From NCBI RefSeq assembly GCF_009914755.1, contig NC_060925.1: a stretch of DNA of 64,000 nt. One strand, 5' to 3'. The notes under the pieces were generated by a model, which worked only from the letters and a program-made list of their open reading frames with translations, ran no database searches and had not been told where the DNA came from. Origin of the DNA: the human T2T-CHM13v2.0 reference genome, Homo sapiens. The number at the start of each line of letters is the position of its first letter. The first letter of the stretch is position 1. The position numbers and the translations under genes are program-made. This document shows, piece by piece, positions 55,201-64,000 of the stretch.

Positions 55201-58200
55201 GGGCACTGGTGGTCCACCTCAGAAGACTCTTGAGTCATATATTCAGTTTCTCTTGCTAATATATGACTCGTCTTCACCATCTCCTCAAAACAAGAGCAAA
55301 GCCAAGATAGAGGAAGGTAAAAGGAGGAGGAAAGGAAACCAAGGCAGGGAGATGTTCTAAGTAGGTTTGCATTTAGTTAGTTACCCCTCATTTCACTTAA
55401 GGCTCCAGACAGACTCCAGGTAGGGAATGCATGCTGTCTCTTTCTCTGTGTCTGTCTCCCCATCTCCTAGAGGACAGAGTGCCAGCGACCTCTGGACAGG
55501 GGCAGGGCTCCAGCCAAGGTGCCCCTGAGCCAGGGTCAACATAGAATTTCCTGCCCCGTGAAGGGCTGGCACCAGCTAGCATCCCCTTGGCTCCACATGA
55601 GTCATGAACACAATTGTCAGTGGGGGTCTCTGCTGCTCTTCTGGCTGAAGAATCTGTTTTTCTTCTGGGCTTCACTTGTAGTTCCTATTCAATGTCTCCA
55701 TAGGGCACTGAGATCACCAAGAACATTACCCAGAAGCTGAAGTCCAAATGTTCTAGATTTTGACCTCTCTTGACTCTGGGGCCACAAAGAGAAGGCCCCA
55801 TAATCCACCTCTCAGCCAGTATCTCCCTTCTTTGCACAGATTCCTCCCAACCCCATAGAGCCTATGTGGTGAGCATGAGGGTCGTCTTCCCTCTGTTCTC
55901 CCATCCCAGCCTCTGTTTTGCTGCATGTTAGCGCTGATCCAGCTCCTGAGATGGTTAATTCCACCCAATCCAAGCTTATTTGCTTGCCTGACTGACTCCA
56001 CCACTCTCTCAGCTATGGGGGAATATTGCATTCTAATGAAATAGGGTTTGGAACTCACCTGGTGCTCCTCGCAAGACAACTGACACAAGGTGTAGGGTGT
56101 GGGGGTGGACAAAATGCCCACCTACTGGATAAAAGCTCACTGCAGGAAAATGAGGTCTCCTGGCATAATGCAACAAAAATCTCATATAATTTTGATTTTT
56201 AAAAAGTTGTTCTCAATTTTTCATTACATCCTACTTCTCAGCCCTCTGGATGTTTCATTTTTTTGGACAGAGTGTTTCTTTAGTGGTTGGGGCCAGGGAC
56301 AGGTTGAGGGATATTTCTCGGCTCATTTATAAGATATAAATATTATGAGGTTGTATGTAAAGAAAGGGCAAACGTACAGCAGAAGGGGAGCAAATAGCTA
56401 CCTTTCAAGGATTTTGAGATTTGAAGGTTAAGGAATTTTTACTGCTATTTTTGTTCATCAGTTTCATGTCTGTTATGTTTTGAGATCCTCAGAGGCCTAG
56501 GGTTAGCGTATACCAAGAATCCTGGTGAGAGGCGTTGCCATGCCTTGGGGTGAATTCTTCCCCACTAGCTCTCTCACCCAGCCTACAAGTCCTTCTCTCA
56601 TAGATCCCAGAGCAATGGGCACCGTCCAGGAGGTACAGGAGAGGACTTTATGATGCAGGAAAGAAGGAAGAAGTGGGTCCCTTGCAAGTGGCCAGACAGG
56701 GAATGATGGTTTGACTCCAGAAATCAGGAATCAGGTTCAGGTTTGGATAACTTCTCTTTAAAATATCTCCACATTGAGACTCTTATTTTAACAAAATCCA
56801 AACAAAATTAACTCAGGGCTTGTGACCTAACCTTTGTAAGAAGGTGATCAAAGAGATCCTACATTAATAAGCACTGCCTGTAGCACCAGCTTTGTCTTTT
56901 TGTCTTTTGTTGTTTCTTTCCTGAACCACCCTGTACATCATAGCCAGGTCTACCCCAAATAGAGCAGCAGCTGATGGCTTCTCTGCTGTCTGTGGAGGGA
57001 GGGCTTGGCTGCAGACCTATGGTGTTTTGTCAGCTGTTAGGTGCTACAGCCCACCCAGTCAGAGTACATAGACATAGCGCTTTAAGGGACAAAGGACAAA
57101 CAGAACTATCTTTGCTTTCCGGAGGCCATCTTTTTCTTTCCTTGAATCCTTTCTGCTTTAAACTTCTGAGGTTTATGCATCCCAGAGAGGTCACACCAAG
57201 CCAAAGAGAAAAAATTCATAGATTGTCCCAGCCTACCCAAAGGGCCTGAAAAGCCTCTCTAAACAAAACTCAAGATAGCTGAGAAGTATGAATGGGGTTC
57301 ACAGCAAAGTCCAATTGATGGCTTTTGAGGCTGGGACACCCCCAAACTGCCCTTCTGTTTTTGTAGTTTTGCTTTCTTCCACCCACCCTCTCTCCGCATG
57401 CTGTAAGTTAGGGGAGTTAGTATCTTGAACTTCTAAATGCAAAAGGAGATTTTATAATAAGCCATGCTACCTGTAAATACATTATTGAGGTTTGCATTTT
57501 TATTTTTGGAGGTATGAAAGAGTTGAGTAGACCAAGTCAAAAGAGGTGTGGGGATTTATGTTTATTTTTATTTGTTTGGGGTTGTTTGGTTGGTGGCTGG
57601 GTTTCTTGTAACAGACCTATTCTGGAATAGCAAAGAAGGATACCTTGGTGATCTGCAATGTTTCTGAATCTGTTTCTCTTTAGGAAGTGATTGCCATCAA
57701 ATTTAGTGATATGATATTTGAGTCAAAAATCTGAGGTTATAGTACCAGCTGTCTTTTCTCTCTGGTCTCCTTTTTGTCGTCTTTCTCTTTCTGTCTAAAT
57801 TGGCCTCTGTCTTTTCCTAAGGACTTAAAATATAACCCAAATTAATGAAGAACTGCCCCAAAACTTCAGTGAAAGCCAAGGAGGTACAGAATTTTTTCAG
57901 GACATCTTTAACCAATACAAAATTTATGTCTTAAGAAGATAATTTTTACAATAGTGTAGTAATCTGATAAATGAAAACTATTGGAAGTCAATAGTTTTTT
58001 ATATTCCAGCTTTCTGTATTCAAACTTGTGCCTTCAGCAAGCATCTCTTCACTTTCTTTCCCTTGTCAATTGAAACATGAATGTTTGGCTAACTCATGAT
58101 GTAAAGTGTCTGTTAAGTTAATAATACATAATTTAAAGCACTTAGTCTCCACAAAGCAATTTAGAAAAATCTTCACTTGTTAGATCCCATGAAGTACCTA

Positions 58201-60200
58201 TGAAATTCTCAGCATTGCTATAAGCATTTGATTTTTTTTAAGGAAACTTCCTGTTTAATGGAATCTGAATCCAAGATTTGCTTTAATTTCACTCTATTCT
58301 TCCCATTTTCCCTTATTCTTCTTGTTGTCTCTCTAATTAAAAAAAAAAAAAACCTAGGCTTTTTTTTTTCTATCCAGAAAGTTGGGTTTTCATGATCTGA
58401 GCTTCCTTATGTCTCCTTCTCTTTGTGCAAACTTAAACCAGTCATAGATTGTCACCCAGACATATTCTCCAACCCAGCATTGGAAATCTGAACGAATCTT
58501 TTCTCTTTTTGTCCTACAAGTTTGTCAGAGATGAGAATGGATTGCTGTCTACATTCTACAACCAGACCCTAGACTTTATACCAGGCTGTGCCACTTCCTC
58601 TTCACTTCACTCAGAGGATGGCCCCAAAACTGAAAAGGAAATGAAATAATCAAATATACCAAATCCGAATTTGACTTTATTTGATGACTCAATATTTTCC
58701 TTCCAGTACTCTAATTTTTTTTTATGGCAATGGCCTATATGGCACAAGAACCACCACTTAAAGCAAATCTGTTGAACATTTTTATAAGGGATGAGCAAGA
58801 AAAACACACTCCAAAATTTTAAAGTGCCATTAATCAATTTTTAAGAATAAAGGTAATATGAAATGAGGGCTAAACAATGTAATATAACTGCCAGTTAAGG
58901 TAGACAGTAGTTGTGGTCTTAGTTACATTTGATATGGAGTTGTGTAATATTAAGCAGATCCCAGTGGAGTTAGTAAAAACATAGGTATTGAGTTTTAATG
59001 GCTACCAATTGGGATATATACTTAGCCTGCAGGCTGAACTTTAGTCAGTGTTTTTCTATCATGTTGTTTTGTGAACAAGTCAAAATTTATACAAAGCTAC
59101 CCTAAGTGCTGCAATTGCAGAGGAACTTGCCTCTTCGTGATATTAGAGGGCAGTCCAACTCCGCTCAAACTGAGTCCAAGATTTGAATTCATCCAGAAAA
59201 ACAAATGGAGGAGAAAAGCCTAATGCACCACATGTGTTTGGCATTTCATGGCTGGGACAATGGAGTAGAGGGTAGGAAGACAAGCTGTAGAACAAAAGCA
59301 AAGTGAGGTAGAAAGTAACAGGTCCCAGACGAGGACAGACTTAGAGATGTGTAACCTTGGATCCTCTTTTTCACTTAGAATATGGGTAAACTTCTTAGCA
59401 CAAGACTGGATTAAGAGAAGTTCTTTCTGTTAAACTCACCTAGGGTAGTGGCTTTGAAGGCCTCAGAGGATTAATAGATTCCCAAAATTTTCTTCCAGAC
59501 CTGGGAGATGGAGAGAAAGAGGTTCTTGCTTTAAAGCGGCTCGAAGACAATCTTTATGACTTCAGCAACTCTTCAACATAGTAGCACCAATAAAGGAGAG
59601 ATTATGTTAACTTCCTAGTGGTGAGAATACCATGGGATGGGAGAAGGGCCAGTGAGTGGGATGGGAATGAGCTTCATCAGGAACAGATTTCAGACTCTGC
59701 AGGGTGCACCGGTTCTAGCCTCAAATAACAACATTGCAAGGAGGTGGACTACAGGGTCCACACCCTCTGTCCTTCGGGGCCCATGGTCAGGCCATTCCCT
59801 CTTTGTTTTGCTCCTAGAGGATGAGCATGTAAGATGAGATCAGGAGGGAAATTGGGTGCTCTGCCTCAGGCTGTTAAAATGCTGCTACCTGCATTCTAAA
59901 ACGTGCAAGTCATGCCCCACAAGACACCTCCTTAGGGCAGCATCCACTGTGGTGTGCCAGCCTGACACCCCTGCAGTCACGGTGTTTGAATGGCAGCTGA
60001 TGCTGGCCCACCCAGAGTATCGGTGCATCTCTCCTAAAGCCACAGTTCAGCACTGCATGTTGACCAGGCGGATATCCTATAATATAGATGCTCGTTTGGA
60101 TCCAAAAGGAAAACCATTAAAAATAAAAGAAAGATGAAAAACTTTAATGTTTTGGGGGGGATAAAAGAAAAGAATAAATAAAACCTTGTTGTAAAGAATG
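52245..60200 (+). other. CACNA1E: Long 3' UTR of CACNA1E (3' end uncertain; may extend to ~61.5 kb)
   Basis: Repeat-poor sequence after the stop. AATAAA at 54810, 54962, 58846, 60122, 60173 and 60177. Confidence 0.7.
60122..60182 (+). terminator. Cluster of polyadenylation hexamers
   Basis: AATAAA at 60122-60127, 60173-60178 and 60177-60182, with GT-rich sequence shortly downstream. Confidence 0.45.
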
Positions 60201-60423
60201 CATCGGCCTGATTTCCCTCACTTGATGTGTTTCTTTGCTGCTACCAGAAAGGGAAATCATGGGAGTGAAGCCTGCCAGGACCCTCAGGGTAAGCTGGCAG
60301 CAGGCTCTGCAGCTGCACTTAGTTGGGGTCTGCTCAGACCAGTCAGGAGGAATTCAGGAGGCTTTCAAAGTCCCAAGGACATCCTGGCTCTGAAAGGTTT
60401 TCTTTTGTTAAAAAATGCACTTT

Positions 60424-60557
60424 GTGCTGTGTGTGGTAGCTCGTATGTGTTACCCCAGCTATTCAGGAAGCTAGGGCAGAAGGATTGCTTGAGGCTAGGA
60501 ATTCAAGACTGGCCTGGATGACAGAGTGAAACCCTCATCTCTTAAAAAAAAAAAAAA
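60424..60557 (+). mobile_element. Old Alu monomer (FLAM/FRAM-like)
   Basis: cccagctattcaggaagct..ggattgcttgaggctaggaattcaagac..A tail. Confidence 0.85.
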
Positions 60558-63500
60558 GGAATAAAAATGTTCTCTGCCTTGGATAACATTTTTTTTTAAA
60601 GATTCCATACAAACTCATTCCCTGAAAGAGAAAAACAGATTTTCTAATCAGGACATTGTCCTGATCTGCAAGCGAGGAGTTTAACAAGGTAGGCAGAGAA
60701 CTTCCTTATGGAACAACAGGGCTCTGTGACCAGAAAAACTATGACCAGCCTCCTCTGAAAAAAGGTGGGGGGATTATAGGGCACCAGCTCAGCCGCCAAG
60801 TTCAGGAAGCAGCTGATTCCCAAGACTCTTAGGAGATACTGTCCATTCTTCCTCCTGTCCACATCACTCCCCATTTAACTGCAATTGCTCCCTTGCCACA
60901 GGGAAAGCAGCAAGCCCCAGGCCCAGGCCTCCATTTGATTTGCCACTCCGAGAACTGTCTGCTTCATTCTGCTTGAGGAGATATCTTCACCTAATCCTAG
61001 TGTTAATTATTTTAATCTGAGCAACGCTTTTATCAATTAGATAGAAACCAGCATTCCAAAATAAGTCCCCTAAGTTTGTAGTTTGAGCCAAGATATTTTC
61101 TTGAGCCCTAAGATATATGACTTTATTAGCTAGGATTTTTCTTATGATTAAAAACATCCAAAAATGTGATATGTGGTCATCTCTCAGGGAGGTCTAGGTC
61201 CTTGCAGGCTGGATTTTAGAAATTTCTAAGATTCTCTACAACTTTTAAATTTTATGTTATTTTTCAATCATAATTTCTTTCCTGTGGCTTCTATCACCAT
61301 TGGAGTTAGAATCTGACAACCTTTAACTTCACACTTTTATGAGATAATAAGTTGGTTTCTTGGGCAAAGGTTGGTTTGTAAGCCATTTACATGGATTGAT
61401 GATTTCTGTTCTTGTTTTCTTCTAACCTAGAACTCAGGTCCACAGTTTTCCACAGGCTAATGGCACTATGAAACAGATATAAAGAAAAATAGACACTGTT
61501 CTGAGTTTCTCTTGAGTGTTTTTGTGCTATGATCTGATCATCTATTGGTTACCTTTACACATTACATTCCTAAATCTTCTATCCTGCCTCTGGGATATTA
61601 GAAACTTGTCTTTACTTGTGTATCACATTACTTTGCTAATGAGCTGGGAAAATTCCCAAACTAAAGACCCGGATTTCAGTTTTTAAAATATTTAATCACA
61701 AAATATTGGGACTAGTCACAGGCACACATAGCCCGGGAACTCCTTAAACACCTGCAACAAAAAGAAAAGAATAGAGGCTACAAATGCAAGCGCTGGAATA
61801 GAACCAACTGAGGTCCAACCTGTGCACCACCAGTTACATGCTGTGAGGCCCTGCGTTGGCCACTTAACCTAAAACTCACTTTCTTCACCTTTAAAATGGG
61901 AACAATAATAGCAACAACCCCGTAGGGTGGTTAGGCAGAGTGACCAAATTATTGTGTATGAAGAGAATAGCCCGTGTCTGTCCACAATAGGCATCTGATA
62001 AATGTCAGGTCTCACCATCGTTGTCGTCATTAGCACCACATACAAGTGCATTCCCCAAACCCACCACATCTGAGAAACTGAATCTTTCAGGGCCACATGC
62101 TGAGAATACACTGGTGGGTGCTCCCCTTCTGTTAATGAAACACAGAGGACGAGTTGATCCTTAGGCAAGTTTCTAAGGAAAGGGGGATACATTTAAAAAG
62201 CAAACCATTACTATGTAGCTATTTTAAAATAATGCTGCCACTCTTGCATCAGAAACAAGTCATAATTTTGTTTATTCTTCATTTCTCATTTCCATATTCG
62301 TTTAATAACAAAATGGGAGAAACATTAGTGGGAGATAGTAATTGTAAAAGTAGCAATAAAGTTAATGGCAACATTAAAAATACTGTACACCTATAAACAC
62401 GGCAATATTCAAGGCAATTTGAAATATCAAGTAACTCACAAATTGATGACACATGTAAGTGAACCATACATTTAGGGTCAGTGGCCTGTTAGTCCATTAG
62501 AAAAAAGGAAAAATAATAATAATTCTGTTTAAAGACCATTCCTAAGTGGTCAATAAAGAATGATTAGTTCATAAAACATCAACTCTGGACATAAATAAAT
62601 TGAGAAACCCTTTCCAGGAGATCGCCAGGGGAACATTCAGGATACCAGAAGGCAAAACAATGTAAGACTGAAGCCAAGCACTATAAATCCATCCAGAAAG
62701 AGGGCTCCCATGCCTCGGGGCACTGCTTCCAGATCCCCATCCTCTGCTTCTGCAGGCAAAATCATGGGTGTGTTTAAAATCAACAATAATAACTATAGCC
62801 TTCATCTGCTGATCTAAATGATTCTACAACACACAGGAATCATAGAGCCCAGAACGTTGGCTTAAGGGAGAGCCTAGGTATTGATTCTGCCAGAGTCTAT
62901 TTCATATATGAGGGATCTGACATTTGGAAAAACTCTAAAATGGGTTTTCCAGAGGCCAAGAAAGTATCCTGTGAACCTGGACTGCCATATTAGGCTCCTG
63001 AGGGTAGCCTCAGCAACCCTAGCACAACCGTCCAAAAAAGAAGGAAAAAATAACTGAAACACACCCCAGGAGCCTTCTTTTGCTCATGTGTCCAGAAGAC
63101 TCCTTTGGGAACCTAATGGAAGCTGTGTATCCTCTCCCTTGAAAAGGGTACCAAAAAATCTGAGTGTTTACATCCTCCAGTCCCAACCTGAGCCTGTTTA
63201 TAACCCCTGCAACAGTAGCAGGTGGTATCATGGAAAGACCAGGCATAAATGAGCTATTTTCATCAAAGTAATTCAAAGAGCGAGCTATGACAGTTGGATC
63301 AAACTATTCAGGCCTGGAAATAGAGGACGGAATCCAGGCTGATTTCCTGCCATGTTGGAAATACTGCTTGCCTCTGTGACCAGATCAGATGGCTTGACAA
63401 TGATGGGAATACAGTGTGGCTATCTGGGAGGTGGGGTGGAAGAGAAAAGGGCAACTTATATAAATATAGCTCAGTAAATACACTGGCATAAGGCATTAGG

Positions 63501-63639
63501 TAGACCTGGGTACAAATTCTAGCTATGCATTTAACAGTGACCCCAGCCAGGTTACTTAGCTTGTAACCCTGGACTTCCTTAACTGTATAATTAGGATAAC
63601 AAGACTAACCTTGCATAGTTGTATTTAGGATTAGGGATT

Positions 63640-63689
63640 ACACACATACACACACACACACACACAGAGAGAGAAAGAGAGAGAGAGAG
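63640..63689. repeat. (CA)n(GA)n compound microsatellite within a MIR
   Basis: acacacatacacacac..gagagagag. Confidence 0.9.
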
Positions 63690-63754
63690 CGCCCAGCATG
63701 GTGTCTATCACATAGCTGGTATGCAATAAAACATGACTGCTATTATTGTTGTTC

Positions 63755-63985
63755 ACTCATTCATTGAATGTATTTATTAACCATTTACTATGGTGCCAAG
63801 CACTAGGGTTTTAATAAGCAAGCCAGATGAAGCAGTGTCCTTAAGTTGTTCACAGCCTAATGGAAGCTACAGATAAGAAAACAAACCACTGCACCATGGT
63901 GTAATCTTTGTGAGGGTGAGGAATTTTCAGGGTACTATGGAAGCCCCTAAAACAACTTGGGGAGTCAGAAATGGCTTCCAGGGAG
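63755..63985 (-). mobile_element. L2 3' end, antisense
   Basis: cattcattgaatgtatttattaa..ctatggtgccaagcactaggg. Confidence 0.65.
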
Positions 63986-64000
63986 AACTGCTATTTGAGA

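Noticed and set aside
58339-58369. A-run/cctagg/T-run palindrome in the 3' UTR
   Set aside because: Low-complexity A:U stem; more likely an internal-priming artefact source than a functional element.

Overview
Primate (almost certainly human, given the AluY copies) genomic DNA carrying the 3' half of CACNA1E (Cav2.3/alpha-1E R-type calcium channel) on the + strand. I traced 23 GT-AG coding exons with consistent phases (about exons 26-48 if the last exon is number 48). They run from domain III S3-S4 through domain IV, the EF-hand/IQ region and the C-terminus to the TAG stop at 52242-52244, followed by a multi-kb 3' UTR. Introns hold Alu, MIR, L2, L1, MER5/MER58/MER3, MADE1 and MLT1 relics and a 3'-truncated 5S rRNA pseudogene. 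The most notable structure is splicing-related. An intact second copy of the 97-nt EF-hand exon (32839-32935, paralogous to Cav2.1/Cav2.2 exon 37a) lies upstream of the canonical copy (34837-34933), and both double inclusion and double skipping create early stop codons. Other items are a 12-nt microexon, a possible +7 alternative acceptor that would delete the distal C-terminus, hairpin-masked or cryptic acceptors, and inverted AluY pairs around exons 44-46. I see no wholly new gene system; the candidates for novelty are unannotated or under-characterised splice and regulatory elements. Repeat boundaries and subfamilies are by eye.
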